A stretch of DNA of 64,000 bases from the human T2T-CHM13v2.0 reference genome, Homo sapiens (GCA_009914755.4 CP068257.2:23008001-23072000), one strand, 5' to 3'; positions 28,626-44,517 are shown, counted from the first letter of the stretch. Numbers and translations are program-made. The notes: a model not told the origin generated them from the letters alone.

Positions 28626-30087
28626 CTGATCTGCAAGAAATTTAATTGACTGGCAAGATAAACATGAACACTTCTTAAAGGAAGACAGTTAAATCTAAAA
28701 ACTCAACAAAGTAACACTCATAATATGTGGCATGAAATAAAGTTTAGTTGACATGTGAAGAAGTAACAGTGTTATCCATAATTGGGAGAAAAATCTGTCA
28801 ATAGAAATTGACACAGAAATGTCAGAGATGATGGAATTAACACACAAGCTCATTAAAAACTTATTAACGCAAAGCTTTTAAGGAAACACTGAACATGATG
28901 AGAAGATACATTTAAATTACTTTTAAAGGGAAGTTTGTGAGTTGATACATATAATGCAATAAGGAAATAAATCATCAGATTAATTTATAAGCAGATATAC
29001 AAAGGAGAATAAAATGTTAGTTAAGTTAGAGACATAACAATAGAAATCACAGAGAAAAAATATTTTTTAAAAATGAAAGAGCCTGATGGTATATAAAGGA
29101 ATATTATAACACTGAATATAAACAGAAACTGGGAAAGAAATGGATGTCAGAAAATATTTGAATAAATAATGGCAAAACATTTCAAATTTAATGAGAGTTA
29201 TAAAACCATGAAAATTATAAAATCTATTAAGCTTAAAAAACAAGCAAACACTAGAAATATTAAAAAATCCAATCAAGACACATCAAAATCAAACTGCTGA
29301 ATACCAGCATCAGTGAGAAAATTTTATGATCATGGCTAGGAGGAAAACACATACATTCACTAAAAAATAAATACAAGTGAGATCAGAAACATTGCTGCAA
29401 CATGTTAAAACAGAAGACAATAAAACAGCAGTTAAAAGAACCAGAGAAAGACTGATTCATCGAGATTGCCTTTCGATTAAAATGTATTTCAAAAAGGAAA
29501 GAGACAACAAGAATTAAAAATATGGAAAAACCCCTAAAACTGGACACTAGAAAACTTTCATATCAAGAAGAGTAAGTTCTTCAGATGAAGAAAATAATAT
29601 AAGGCAATCTATGCAGAAGGGAAACAGAAAGTCAATAGTAAATATGTAACCAAATATAATTTTTTTTCACAACTTTGTTTCTTTAAACAAGAAAGAAACA
29701 AATCTATTACAGGATTTTAAACAAATTTAGAAATTAAAGATACCATAAAAACGTCAAAAAGGATGAAAGGGATGTTTGTATCCATTAAGTTGTATAATAT
29801 TATTTGAAAGTAGATGATAATATGTTAAAGATGCAGCTGCAGTCTGTAGACAAACCACTGAAATGTGATATAAACAGATATCTCTAATAAGGCATTAGTG
29901 GATATGAAATGAATACTAAAGAAAATAATCAAAGCAAATGCTGGAAGAAAATTGAAGACAGAAATATGACAGAAGATAGATTTTTTGGTAATAGATTTTG
30001 GAAAATAGATTTTATGTCAGAATAGATTTTTTTTTTTTAATGAGAGAAAGATGCCCAAGTATTTATTGTCTACAAGAAGCTCACTTT

Positions 30088-30166
30088 AGCCGAGATTGTG
30101 CCACGCCACTGCACTCCAGCCTGGGCGACAGAGCCAGACTCCGTCTCAAAAAAAAAAAAAAAAAAA
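30088..30166 (+). mobile_element. Alu 3'-terminal fragment with poly-A inside the old L1
   Basis: agccgagattgtgccacgccactgcactccagcctgggcgacagagccagactccgtctc followed by A19. Confidence 0.8.
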
Positions 30167-31069
30167 GCTAACTTTAAATATAAAGATTCAGATAGGCAAA
30201 AATGAAGCAATAGAGAAAAATATATATTCTTACATTAACTTCAAGAAAGCTGGAGAATCTATATTAATTTCAGAGAAAACAACTTCAGAAAAGGGAAAAT
30301 TATGAGGAATGAAGAGAGACATTATATGACAAAATGATTAATTCTTAAAAAACTCATAATAATTAATAATGTGATTGCACTTGAATAAAGCATTAATAAT
30401 TATGATGCAAAAACTAATTAAAAAATGGAGAAGTAGATAAAACCAGTATTGTAATTGGAGACTTCAACAGTCCTCTAGTAGTAATTGATGGACAAGCAAG
30501 CATAAAATAGGAATACAGTTAACCTGAAAAGCACTATTATCAACTTAATTTAATTGATACATTTAGAACATTCCACCACAGGAAAAGCAGAATGCACATT
30601 CTTCTGAAGTTCACATGGAACATTAATTAAGACAGACTAGTTTCTTGGCCATAATGCACACTTTAACAATTTTGTATAAAAATAGAAGCCACACGAAGTA
30701 TTTTCTCAAATCTTAATGCAATTTAACTAGAAATCTATAATGAAAGGTAGCTGAAAAATTCCCAGGTATTGGAAGTTAAACAGTTAGACTTCTAAATAAT
30801 ACATTGATCAAGGAAAAGATCTGAAAATAAATTTTAAAATATACTGAACTAAGTTAAGATAAAATACAACAACTCAGATTTGTGGGATGCAGCAAAATCA
30901 GTGCTTTGAGGTAAAGTTAAAGCATTAAATGGCTGTATCAAAAAAGAAGTAAATAAAATAAACACTCTAAGCTTCTGCCTAGGAAAAATAGAGAAAGAAG
31001 ATACATTTAAGCCTAAAGCAAACAGAAAAACAGAATAGAAATAAGTTAGAGCCTGGGCTATAAATGCAT

Positions 31070-31130
31070 ATGTGTGTATATATATGTGCATAAATGCATA
31101 TGTGCACACACACACACACGTGGATTGCCA
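31070..31130. repeat. (TG/TA/CA)n compound microsatellite
   Basis: atgcatatgtgtgtatatatatgtgcataaatgcatatgtgcacacacacacacacgtgg. Confidence 0.8.
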
Positions 31131-31689
31131 GGAAGAGCCTTTGTAACTGCCTTTGGTCAGGCCTTAAAACAAAACAAAACGTACACACATAAATTTTTGG
31201 CCATAAACTGGATTCCTCACAGGTCTTAGAAAAAATGAATAACTGTAAATATTCATTTTAGAAAAAAATTAGAAACCTAAAATTGATATGCTAAGAATAT
31301 AACTCAAGGAGTGATCAAAATTAAAATAAAAAAATCTAAAGACTGTAGGAAGAAAGATATAAGTGTAGAAATTAATTGAAAAGAAATGGACCGAAAACAT
31401 AAAATATTTAGAGACACTAAAACATGAGAAAATCTCTTGCTAATGGTTCAGTGTTCTACTCCAATTAGTCTTTTTGCAGTAACAAAAGAAGAACAAATCA
31501 CTTTAGAAATAAATACATACATGAACATAAAACATACATACTAGTAAAATATGTCCATGAAGAAGTAGAAAATATGGATAATCCTTTAGCTGACAAAATT
31601 TTGGAATCATTAAAAAGCTTCCCACCAAAAAAAAAATGATAATGCATAGATGGTTTTCTAAATGAATTTCAGCCAATACTTAAGGTATA

Positions 31690-31835
31690 AAAGTTTTTTT
31701 TAAAATTTTTTATTTCCACAGGTTTTTGGGGAACACATAGTATTTGGTTACATGAGTAAGCTCTTTAGAAGTGATTTGTGAGATTTTGGTGCACACATCA
31801 CCTAAGCAGTTTACACTGAATGCATGTATTAGTCT
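31690..31835 (-). mobile_element. L1 3'-UTR-like fragment (older L1P subfamily), antisense
   Basis: ttttatttccacaggtttttggggaacacatagtatttggttacatgagtaagctctttagaagtgatttgtgagattttggtgcacacatcacctaagcagtttacactgaa matches the antisense start of older L1P 3' ends as I recall them. The motif continues at 32170-32215 (acaatttgtagtcttttatccctcacccc). Confidence 0.45.
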
Positions 31836-32170
31836 GTTTTCACGCTGCTGACAAAGTCATACAGAAACTGGGAAGAAAAGGAGGTTTAATTGGACTTAAG
31901 AGTTCCACATGTCTGGGGAGGCCTCAGAATCATGGGAGGAGGTGAAATGCACTTCTTGCATGTCAGTGGCAAGAGAAAAATGAGGACGAAGCAACAGCGG
32001 AAACCCCGGATAAACCCGTCAGATCTCGAGACTTATTCACCATCATGAGAATAGCACGGGAAAGACAGGCCCCCATGATTCAATTACCTCCTCCTGGGTC
32101 CCTCTCACAACACGTGGCAATTCTGGGAGATAACATTTAAGTTTAGATTTGGGTGGGTACTCAGCCAAAC
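31836..32170 (-). mobile_element. MaLR-type LTR (MLT1-like), antisense
   Basis: gtctgttttcacgctgctgacaaagtcatacagaaactgggaag…cccccatgattcaattacctcctcctgggtccctctcacaacacgtggcaattctgggag…atttgggtgggtactcagccaaaccatatca is the reverse complement of the family at 241-652. Confidence 0.55.
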
Positions 32171-32214
32171 CATATCAACACAATTTGTAGTCTTTTATCC
32201 CTCACCCCTCCCAC

Positions 32215-32397
32215 TCTTTCCCTTGAGGAAAAGAAGTTATTATACAAAAAAGATATGTGCGCACGCATGTTTATAGCAGCACAATTCACAATTGTAAAAA
32301 CGTGGAACCAACCCAAATGCCTATTAATCAACAAATCAATTAGTGAATAACAAAATTGTGGTGTATATATATCTATATATATAATACATATACATAG

Positions 32398-32430
<33 letters not shown>

Positions 32431-32460
32431 GAGGATGGAATACTACTCGGCCATAAAAAG
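32215..32460 (+). mobile_element. L1 ORF2 C-terminal fragment (older subfamily), sense, with embedded (TA)n(CA)n microsatellite at ~32368-32440
   Basis: Translates as …EEKKLLYKKDMCARMFIAAQFTIVKTWNQPKC…MEYYSAIK, which corresponds to L1 ORF2 …KDTCTRMFIAALFTIAKTWNQPKC…MEYYAAIK. Confidence 0.6.
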
Positions 32461-35400
32461 GTCTAGAAAATTTTAAGTTCTGTAAAATGCAGTAGAGAAT
32501 AAAACAAGATGGGAAAGCCTCAACTAATTTTGTAAAACTAGTCCAACATTGTTATCAAAATAAGCCAAGAACACTATGACTTAATAAAGTTACAGGTCAT
32601 TATCATTTAAGACCATATATGCAAAAATTCCATGTCAGATAAAAATAAGACTAGGTTACAACTAGATTGGAATATTTTATAGAAATAAAATATTAATGCA
32701 CTTTTTAAAAATTAGTAAATTAATCTGATAAACAGAATATATAAAGAGCCATATGGTTATCTTAATAAATATCAAATAGTTCTATAAAATCCAATATCTA
32801 TCATAATTTTTAAAATATAAACATTTTCAATTTAGTAATAAAAGGTAACAGTCTGAATCTTGTGAAAGGTATCTGTAAAACCAACAGTAAATGTCATACT
32901 GATGAAATATTAAGAACCTTTCTGTTACGATCAGATAAAAAATAAAATGCATGCTGTAACCCCTTCTATTCAATATTCTTCTACGATAATTTTGTATTGT
33001 TGTAGTAATATCGAGGAAAGAAAATCTAAATTCCATATGGATAATTAAACAAAGTGTGATTTAGGAACACAAAGTGAGCTCTAATGAAATAAAATAATGT
33101 GTTTAGCACAAAGTCGGAATATTGGCTTTCCTGGGGGAAAGAGAGGAAAAGAGACATGATGATACAAACAGGAATCGAAACAGGAGATTTTAGAAACATG
33201 GTAACATTCTGCTTCTTAAATTGGATGGTGAATGTGCTAGTATGTATTTTATTGTTTCAAACTGGATATAGAAGTTATCTGTACATTTGTATGAATAATA
33301 TATTCCGTAATAAAACTTTTCATTAAACTAGGAGACAAAAATAAGTCTAAGGTTACACAATGTCCAGTTCTGGGCTTTCTTCATCTGAATTGTATTGCCT
33401 ATAAATTATAATATAATTCCAATCATTATTCTCTTGCTCATCACAATATTTCATTCAAAGATAAAACCTTTTTAGATAATCCATCCTTCGATATAGCTAA
33501 ATGCCTGCGCTTATGTATTATGCAGAACCCGACATTTTCAGCCTGATCATAGGAGTTGAACTAACTCATTCCAGGTCAGAATTAGTGAACATTGTGTCTA
33601 TCCCTATAATTACCATTTTTAAAAATCTCATTAGGGTAAATTTTTCAGAAGTTGTGAATACTGCTCTTAGAAACAATAATTTTAATTTAAATTCTGGTAT
33701 GTAGGATGAAGGGGAGTGAACATAAGGTGAAAGAATATGTAAATTGACCCCAGCACTACTTTAAAATTAAGTAAATGTCTTTACTAAAATGCAACAAAAT
33801 CTTAAAGTATCTTAATTGTATTTTTTTTATATTTTGCTAGAAAAATCACTGAGCATTCTGTTGACTAGATCAGTATTTAATTTTTAACCATTTTCCAAAG
33901 TCAAACGTCTGTCTTAAACTTTAAGTACTGAAGTTAACACGATGCTAAAACAATTTTAGAAAAAATAATTTCTGCCTTTAAAAGGTACTTAAGCATGTTC
34001 TTATAATACTCATTATATTCCAATTAATTTATACTCCATGAATCTCAAAGATTGAAATTAAAAAACATATGTCGATCTATATTAGTGAAGACATACTGCC
34101 CTCTTTTGAACAAAGTAAAATTTCAGGGAAAAACGGTTTTTTTACAAAGCAAAATCAGAGTGCATAGAAAAAATAAATGCAGAGATGATGGTAAACAAAG
34201 AAGATTACCTTGCACATTTTATAAAGATTTTAAGAATGCTGAATTTGATTTTACTTTCTCAAACTTTTAGTATGTGTGTTTGTTTACTTTCATGATAATT
34301 CTTAAATGCATTTGAACACAGTTTGCAGTTTAAAGAATATATCTATACATATGGAAACCCTTGTCTTAAAGATATCTAATGATTGTTTTAAGTAATAAAA
34401 ACTCTGATATTCTCTGCAGATTCCACCTGAAGTAATTTATCACCATTTTGTTATTGCTATTATTCACCTCTATGAATGCTTTTTTACTTGACAAGTCTGT
34501 ATCCGTAGTTTAGCAACGAGGCCAGAACAATAAATCTGTCACTGTGTGATACACTCTGGGTACAAGTTTATGAGATTGTCTCCATGTAGATGGCTACCTA
34601 AAATTATTCTAGAATGTCATAACTCTATTAACTTTTTCTCTAATTTTGTAATATTTGGATATTCTCCGTTAAAAGAATAAATGTGGAAATTTTATAATTT
34701 TCATGTTTTTTAAAGAAATGCCAACACTTAGCATGACAAAGGGAGCTAAATCCTCATTCTCTATTCAATATTATTGCTATAGATGTTTTAATACCTGAAT
34801 TTTTGAGTGAAAGTCGATGAACACAGAATGGATATTCCTGTAATAAACAACTTTATTGCAATCACTAGCTTAAATAGTTATAGTACTCACTTAAATTGAT
34901 TTTAAAGATGAATTTAATTATTTCCATTCACTAAGCCCTATTCTGTGATGTGAAAGTATGTTTCTCTGGAAGAGTGAAAAAAACAGTTTTTTTCTGCCCT
35001 TTGATTTTTGCCCTCCCTGGTAATGGAAAGTTAAAAAAGCATATGCCTTTTTGTGGTCAAGTGTGAATGACTTTCTAAGATAGCCAACAACTAAGAAGTT
35101 TCATTGGTAAATAAGAATGAAAATGAGATTTCAATGTACAATGAATCATCACTACTTCTACTGAACGATGGGCACCTTTAGTTCCTGAACAGGATGATCA
35201 AGAGAATCATCAACGGGTTGGGCATTTCAGAAAGAAGATGAAGTGTGTGTTAGTGGAGGAAGCTAGCCAAGAAAGCAACGATCTAATATAATTAGGAAGA
35301 GGCTTTAGAAAAGATGGGAATGGAGACAGTCTGTGCTCAGAATTCAAAGACACAAATAGGAGCTAGGGTACAAATTGGTTATTTATCATGCCCTCTAGAG

Positions 35401-38400
35401 AAGAAGCACAGACTGTACTTAGTGCATATTCCCTCACACTTTACCTGTATCTCCAAGAAAATCAAAACAAAACGAAACTTAAACAATATGATGATGACAA
35501 CAGCAACAACAAACTCTAATATCCGTAATTTAGGGCATGACCTACCCAACAAGATAAAAATAGTTCCTCCTGACAGACTAAAGCCTCCAACTTTACATTA
35601 GACCCCTCACGAAATGACAATCAAAAAGATTCCTAGGTTTAACTGGATATTGTGGACACGAAGGCGAGTATTTTTCTGCAATTCTAAAACCCCTTTTTCA
35701 ATTTTGACTAAGTCCGCAGTATAAGACTCTCTCTTTTTGAAATCCAAACATAAACAGGACCACTAGAACCTGGAGAAATCTCTTCAACAGCCTTCTTTTC
35801 TAGTCATCTCTACAAAAAAAGAAGTTTTTTTTTTTTCTATTTATACATATGTGATCTGGAATCCTTGGAACTTAAACTCAACTTCATGGGAAATGTAAAA
35901 ACATACTTTTAAATTCTAACTCCATCTTTGACCAGATTGCAAAGGTTCATATCCCTTGCTTTAGGGCAAGAGCTGCCACTGCAAAACCTACTGATGCTCT
36001 TACTGACTTAGTCCTAGGCTGCCCATTGACTTCATGGCTCCTTATGCAGTGCGTATATTATTGATACTTCTAACTGAGAAAACACTACACTTTTAAGACA
36101 GTAGATTAATGTCTTCTCAGAATCTCTTATCCTTTCTCTTCCACATCACTATTCCCTGCTATAACACCCAAAATCCTGCCACAGTGGGCCTTACCGGAAG
36201 GGAATTCTCACTATTGTCTTACTCAGGGAAGTTTCTTTATTTTACTCAAATTTATTAAAGATTCCCATTGAGAACCCTGACCTAATATTTTTTGTTGAAG
36301 GATCATGCCTCAAAATTGAAACTGGAAGTTAACCAAAAGGATATGTTATCACTAATAAAAGTTCTCCTTTGTTTTACAGTACTTTACATTAGGTAAAATC
36401 AGCCCAGATGGCAGAAATTATTGCACATACTAGGGACTGTCAACTAGTCAACAGTCATAGACCAAGCCTATATACAAATAACAGATAACCTTCTCAAGCA
36501 GTACTTGGCTTTGTTATGTTTTGGAAACAAAGGATGTTGCTTCTTTTGCTGGAAACTCCATCAGAAATAGGCAAGTTAAGAAACTTTAAAATTCATTTCT
36601 ACTTCTTAGTGAGGAAATTATTACAAAAGTTGAGACCAATGCAACAAATTTCTGACACAAGTAGTAGTGGACAATCTCATTGTTCTCTATTTCTTGATGT
36701 CTAACCATGGTGGCTTCTCAACTATTAATAATATGTCATGCTATTATTTGGAGGTACAGAGATAAAGCATGCAAAGTAGAATAGGCTACACATTTTCTTT
36801 TAAAAAAAGTTACCTGACTGTCTACAACTGATTTTTATCACATTTGGGACTTACTATCTTGGCTTGTATTGGGCAATTGGGGTTCTTGTTCCAAATTATC
36901 TTTGAGGACCTATTGATTATTCTCATTTTTGCCGTAGTGGTCATGATGTTAGCTCATTGCTTTACATCCAGAGTCTTAAATGCTTCTCTGTAGTTTCCCT
37001 CTTATCAGAAAATCACCATCATAATACAATAGCAAAAAGCTGGAGAAGATCTATTGATACAGTTGATTATGGAGACAACTGAATGATCTCAAGCAGTAAA
37101 GACCTGGATCCCTAACCTTTCATTTATTGGTAAATCTCTTACAAATGACAGTAACGAAAAGGGAAACTGAAGGACTGAATATACAATGGGCAATTACGAA
37201 ATACTATAGGGTAATTGATCTCTGACTCACAATTTCTGCAGTAACCAACCCAGGAAGTCAAAGCATATCCTCTTTAGCAGTCAGCACAGAAGGACTAAGA
37301 ACCCGTGACAACAACTGCTATCTTCCCTATTTTTATCCCACTTCCAACTCAGGGACAATCATAGAGAGCCAATTATGCTTTCCAAAGTAATCATATATTT
37401 CAAGTTAGCCCTCTTCAGCTTCTCCAGCCAAAAACCTCCCATCAGAGCATTCCTGAAACTTTCTCCTGTGTTCATTATAGAGCTTTCCCTCTCCTCTCCT
37501 TGCATTTGAGTCTCCACCGAAGGCAAATGATGGCAGCTGAATCCCTTGTTACATGAAGTTATGACTACATGGCTTTTGTGTTTCCTTATTTACGTAGACT
37601 TCATTTATTGCTATATCTGCACCGAATAGCATCTCTTTCTAATCTATTCTTCTCTAAGGATACAATTGTTTTTTTTTTTTAAATAAGTGTCTTATTTTGA
37701 CGGATCACTCTCTTATAATTCCCTTATAATACTCACACATAAGAGAAGTCTTCATCTATGTCCCATTTAGTATTAAGGATTCACAATTCATTATTTGATC
37801 ATCGGTCACAAGAATAGTGGCTGGCTACATTATTTCTGGGGCCCAAGTCCCAACACTCATTAACTGTGTGATCTTAGGTCAGTGACAACTCATCTATCTT
37901 TATTTTATTTACTTATATTTACTCATCTATGCCTTATTGTGTAATGGGAATAATGACTCTATTTTCTTGATTGTCTTGAGATAATTAAATGGATATTCTT
38001 GAGATATTAAATGAGATAATTAAATAAGAAACAGAATTTAACATGATTCTCTAATGCACAAAAAGCATATAAAATATACCTATTAAAATGCTTATAAAAA
38101 GTAGCTATTTTATTGGCTATTATTATCAAGTTTAAATATCTGACAACAGATATCCAACATTATAAGAGGTTTCTCTTACAGCTAAAAGCATTACATTTCA
38201 TCATTTCATGAATCAACTTACTTTTACTGAAAATAATATTATAACATAAACTCGTATAATTCAAATATTTTCCCCTTGAATTAAGTACCTATAGGTAATG
38301 ATCAAGATTTGAAAGTAGAAAAACAAAGTATTAGTTTTCTGTTGTGCTAATTATATAAAATCCCCTTGAAAACCAAATCTAATTTACATATTGTCATTGC

Positions 38401-38688
38401 ATCAGTGACTTTGGTTTCAATACAACAATGGACAACTTATTTTTTTTAATCCACCCTGTCCTCTACTTTCCCCACTTAACTAATCTGTAGAAAAAAATAC
38501 ATATCATAAAGTGCATTGTAATAATACGCATCTCACCTATCTTACCTTCAGTTCTGTGTCTCTGTTCATTTTCATTTTCTGCAGTAACCAAGTACTACTT
38601 AAGAAACTTTGAAACTATGCACACCAAAACTCTTTCAAGAACCAATTTTAGTGTTTACAATAGTTAATAATAACCACAGCTGTACTAA

Positions 38689-38997
<309 letters not shown>

Positions 38998-39585
38998 CAC
39001 AATCTCTTTTTTTAAATAAGTAGAGCAAAAGTATTATTGAAAATCCTCACTAATTTTTAGAACTTACCATAATCTTCAGGGATGTTTGTACATAAATTTT
39101 AAATCACATCGCCATCACAGTTTCTTGACAATTATCAAATGAAAATATAAGAGACCAGAGTATTTCTACCTTAATAAATGTATTTAATTGTGAAACTGGC
39201 AACTACCGTGTAAAGCTTGTTATTTGCTTCACTGCAGAGTAAAGAAGTAGTTATATTAAAGAAAAAATAGTATACACTGAAAGCTTAGTGTATTACAGAA
39301 ATATTTGATGACTGACACCAGCAAAATCCAGGGTGACTCTATCTACACAATAAAAATAGGCACTTGCTTTATATGATCATCCCCAAGAATTTCGGTTCTT
39401 ATTAAGTGATATAAGAGTATGCTTCTTTCTGTTACCTGGAATCAATGGTTATTTCCAATTATCATTATTAGTCTTTTGGATAAAACTGTATATCATAAGT
39501 GCTTTCTCAAAAAAGAATATATTTTACATATGAATATAAAGTTACACTAAATTTAAATTTAATAAGATAACATAAAAGGGCAGAT

Positions 39586-39907
<322 letters not shown>

Positions 39908-40573
39908 CAGATGGAAGTCAGGAAATTTTACATGCAGAATTTTTTACCTAAAATTTAAAAAATGAATGATGCCAAGGTTTATATCAATTTGAATTATACC
40001 TATTTCCACTCAAATGTATTAAATAAAAGAGAAAGATAAAAAACTTAAGCAAGAGAACACAAACTTTATATTCAGAAAGGTAAACTACAGCTGTCTTTGA
40101 CAGTTTTAACTACAAAATTTTATAATAACCACATTTTCAAAAGATTAGGTGTAATTTTATATAATACATAATTTATTAGTCACAATTTATAGGCTATTAG
40201 AAGTTTGACATGGATAAGTGTACTAAAAGCATTTTGAAGTTGCGAAAATCAAAATATCATGTCCACCTTATATTTTTATCATGGTAATAAGATAATAGGT
40301 TCTTTGGGTAATGGAAAGAAATCATAAGTGTGTAATAGGTTAAAATGAGAAAATGTATACGTTGTGGATGTAAGTAGGAAAGTTATCTTTCCAGTATTAT
40401 TTCTATTCCATAATATCTCAGAAAGCTTTGCCCAGTTATTTGAATTTCTCTTTCATAAAACAGTAAGCTGGATAGTTTTATTGGTTGGTTGTTGATTTTG
40501 TTCTTATATGACTAGTAGAGAATATACTGTACTAAAAAGTTTTGGAGAGAGGCAAGCTCAGTTGGAGGTTGAT

Positions 40574-40680
40574 GTTATAGTGTAGCCTCTATTTCCAATA
40601 ATTCATACAAATATTTATAACAATTGGTGTTATAGTGCAGCCTCTATTTATTTCTAATAATTCATAAAAATATTTATAAG
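40574..40680. repeat. Tandem duplication (~54 bp unit x2, ~90% identical)
   Basis: gttatagtgtagcctctatttccaataattcatacaaatatttataa followed by gttatagtgcagcctctatttatttctaataattcataaaaatatttataa. Confidence 0.75.
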
Positions 40681-41384
40681 TATTATGTTTTCTTTCCAAG
40701 CTTGAGGAAATACTTTACTATTTAATTGATTAATTGAATAAAATACAATACATAAACTTCTGTTCAAATCATGAGTTGTATGTTTGTTTAAACGCCAATA
40801 AACCAAATTATCAGCCCACAATAACTCACTAAGTAATAAATTTATTATAACTAATGAATAACTGAAGTTTATTATAATTTTAATTTAACTGATTTCCATT
40901 TGAATCATATAGATTTGTCACTTTTTAATGGGTCCTGCTGTTTTGAATAGAACTCACTATTCTCAAAAAGATAAGTTTATCTGAAAATGTCCATATTTGA
41001 ATCATAGAAAAATGTAATGCTATTTTTGAAGTGTATTTAATTTATCTGTTCATAAGCTTCACTGAGATAAATTGTGAATGGATTAAAAAATATTCCTTTT
41101 ACATTAATTTTTGGGGGATTGTTGAGTGCAATTTTCAAAGTATAAGTAAGGAATTTCTGCAGCTGTTTAGTGTGCTTTTTATGATATCAGAAAAATTGTT
41201 CATCGTAATAAACAAACCCTGTCTTCAGCCCTGTGTCTGAAGTGCTCTTCCCCAATCAACACTAGGGATTGAACAAAATTGAGAAAAGACAAGGAAACAG
41301 GAAAAGGAGACTGTTGCTCAACTGAAGATTTTAGAGGTGTGACCTTCTATAGATGAATTTAGAAACAAATTGCTATGGACTGAA

Positions 41385-41700
41385 CTGAAAATTGTTGTCT
41401 TCCCAGAATGCATACATTGAACCCTTAATCCCCAGTGTGGTAAGTTTTGGAGGTGGGGGCCGTTGGAAGGTAACTGGGGGGTCTAACTGGGATCATAGGG
41501 GTGGAGCCCCCATGCTGGGATTAGTGTTTTTATAAGGGATTGAAGAGACCAGAGTGCTCTCTCTTTGTGCCACATGAGGAGGCAAGAAGAAAGCCAGCTG
41601 GACCACCAGATCTGCTAGTACATTGATCTTGTACTTCCCAACCTTCCAACCTTAAAGAAATAAATGTTTGTTGTTTAAACACCCAATAAATGGTCTCTTG
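41385..41700 (+). mobile_element. MaLR-type LTR (MLT1-like)
   Basis: …gaacccttaatccccagtgtggtaagttttggaggtgggggccgttggaaggtaactggggggtctaactgggatcataggggtggagcccccatgctgggattagtgtttttataagg…tgtgccacatgaggaggcaagaagaaagccagctgg…gatcttgtacttcccaaccttccaaccttaaagaaataaatgtttgttgtttaaacacccaataaatggtctc. Confidence 0.55.
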
Positions 41701-44517
41701 GAAGAGCACATCCTAGTGACTATGTCACAAACAAATCAAACATGTAAATCAATATTTTGATTAAAAACAAAAACAAAAATATGAACCCTTATAATTGTCA
41801 CAAGTTCCATCATCACTAAATACATTTAATTTTTTCATCAATAAAAAGAGGATTATTAAATTACTTTAAGACTCTAAGTCATAAACAACATTTAATTCTT
41901 GATAATATAAATCTAGAAAGCAATAGATTTAGTCTAATAATTTAACTACGTTGAAATGCTATGAACTTGGATTAAAATTGAATTTAATAATACAATTTTT
42001 AAGGTAATCTGGAAAAAACTTCCACAGTATTACTTTTTGTAATTTCCTAATTTTTAAGTCATATTAACTCTAATAAAGCTAGATATAGCAGTCTAATGAA
42101 TGTAAATAAAATATAACCCTGTAAATACAAGATATTGTTAACACTTAAAATAACAAATGGTAACAGTGGAATATATAGTTGCCCAGATTCATCATTTAAG
42201 TCAGATTTTAGAAAATTTGAATATCTCAGATTCCTAAAACAAATCTTATACTTGGGATTAGCAGTAGTGATTCTAACGATCCATGCTAAATGAAAACATT
42301 GTATTGTAAATAAAACCATAGAATTTTAGTTGGGATAAAGGAGCTAATATTTGCACAAAATATTATTTCCTACATTAGCAACATTGAAAGAAAAACTGGA
42401 ATTATGTTTTTCTAGACTAGCAGTATTGGTTAACTTTTAACAGCTTAGGTCTTAATGGAATGTCATCAACTTCATTTAGCTGTTTTATTTTGCCGTTGTT
42501 ACTGGAGTCCACTGCTCTTCCTCGATTTGTTCCTGACAATTTTTTTCATGAAAAAGAAACTAAGAAATATGTAAGAATATTTAAGCAAAGCACAGGATGT
42601 ATCTCTTTGCACATGAACCTAATGCTGTAGTAATATAATTTCACTAATGTTTATTTTGATATATCAATCATCTAGAGTTATCTATAATGAATACATTTTA
42701 GGTTTGCAAGACGGTGATGATGAACCATTATGCAACAGTGAGTATCTCACTTTAAAATTTAAAGACACTACCTGGACAAATTTAAAATGCAAATTTCACA
42801 TCCTAGGAATTTAGCTCATGGTTAGCTTTCCTGAAATAATTACTTCCAAAAGTCCTGAATAACTTACTGAAATATTTTTTCCTAGGCAAGCATTATATTC
42901 TCTTTTAATTTCAAGGTATTATTATTTATATATTTTAAAAGCTATTTAATTTACCGAAGTTGAATTACTCACCAGCAAGCTTCTAGAAGGTATTAAATAA
43001 ACGAACGCATCTAAAGCTCTTACTGCAATGACTAGCCAATAATGACCATTCGGTATACATTAGCCATTATTAAAATTACTCATTCACTTGTAATTTAAAA
43101 TATTCTGAAGCCTGACTATAATAGAGCCAATTTTGCCTTCATTTTTTCCTCCACCTTCCTACACGTACTTCTATTGCTACATTCTCAAAATGGCATCATA
43201 ATTCAGAGATTATTTTAAACTCTGAGATATTCATCACTTCTAAAATTGTCAGGTCTTTTTTATCTCCTCTAGGTTAACAGTTAATGAAGATTCTCAGCAG
43301 GGTGTTAAGGTAGCAATTACAGCAGAAGTTTTGAGCTGCCAGAGCTCAGTTGAAAAGCAAATTCTATCTCAATCAAATCCCTATTGAGAAAGTGAAAGCA
43401 AAGGAAAGTGTAGTCTCTACACTGGCATGGTATCTGTAATGAAAAGATTTAATACTGCTGCTCTTATACCCCGGCAACACCTATTCTCAGGAAATTTCAA
43501 ATAAAAGTATCCATTTTTAGATTTCCTACATATTCTGTTCTTGGGATATGATCTACTGTACTTAACATTTGATTAAGATGAGATAGGTACGATTATTCTT
43601 TTTTGTTTTTATTTTTCTAATCACTACAGTAAGTATAGTAGCTGTATACAATTTGAAAACGACTGAAGGTTATAAATAAAGCAGTAAAAACAGGTTGCAT
43701 ATTACATGCTATAGGATGACATACTTATTCCAGCTAAGAGCAAAGTCGTCATAAAATGTATGTTTAGATTTTGCTTGTATCTAAATGTTTGATAATACTC
43801 TTCGGGTCTTACAGATGAACAAGCCAACTTCCATCAGTTAAATAGCTTCCCAAAGATCTGAGTAGCAAAAATACCAAGGTGCAAATTGTACTGATTCTAA
43901 GACTGATTTATACAATGTGAAAATTATTTTTCAAATGGAGAATAATAATAGTAGAATAAACAATAAGAATAAATGATAAAAAGGGACAGCCTTCTACGTA
44001 GATACCCTCTAAAGTAGAATTTACCGTTGCCAGATGTCTCATTCGCAGGCCAAATATTGGACAAGCTTTAGCATATGACTCACTCACTGACTTAACAACA
44101 TTTTAATTACAATTCAAATTGAAGTAGTTTAATTTATAATAAGGTGATGACAACCAGGTAACGTTTTCCTTAATACAAAATGAAAGTTATAAAGACTCTG
44201 GAATAAACTACTTGATTGTCTCCAGACTTGTAACTGGAGCAAAGTATACAATGTAGTTTTATTGATATTTTCATTTACTTTTAAAGAAATTAACACTTAA
44301 AACTTCATTTTTCTCAAATGAAAATAAAAGGCTCTCATGATGTTGAAAGTGTTTCTGTGCTTTAAATATTAAAATGAGAATTACTTACATCAAATTCATA
44401 TCTGAAGAGACTTTGAATAACACGTCTGAAAGGTTTTCATAAATGTTGTAAAATCATGAATCAGAGATGAGGTGCAGCAGGGGCCATTTGGGCAGGCGAA
44501 AGTACTGTAAGTTAAAC

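Larger units (their letters stand above)
28640..31690 (+). mobile_element. Ancient, degenerate L1 (L1M-like) spanning the ORF1-ORF2 region, with later insertions
   Basis: A-rich L1M-type sequence. A recognisable ORF2 endonuclease motif is present: gtaattggagacttcaacagtcctctagtagtaattgatggacaagcaagcataaaat, translating as GDFNSPLVVIDGQASIK, which corresponds to L1 GDFNTPLS..DRS. The region carries multiple stops and frameshifts. Confidence 0.7.
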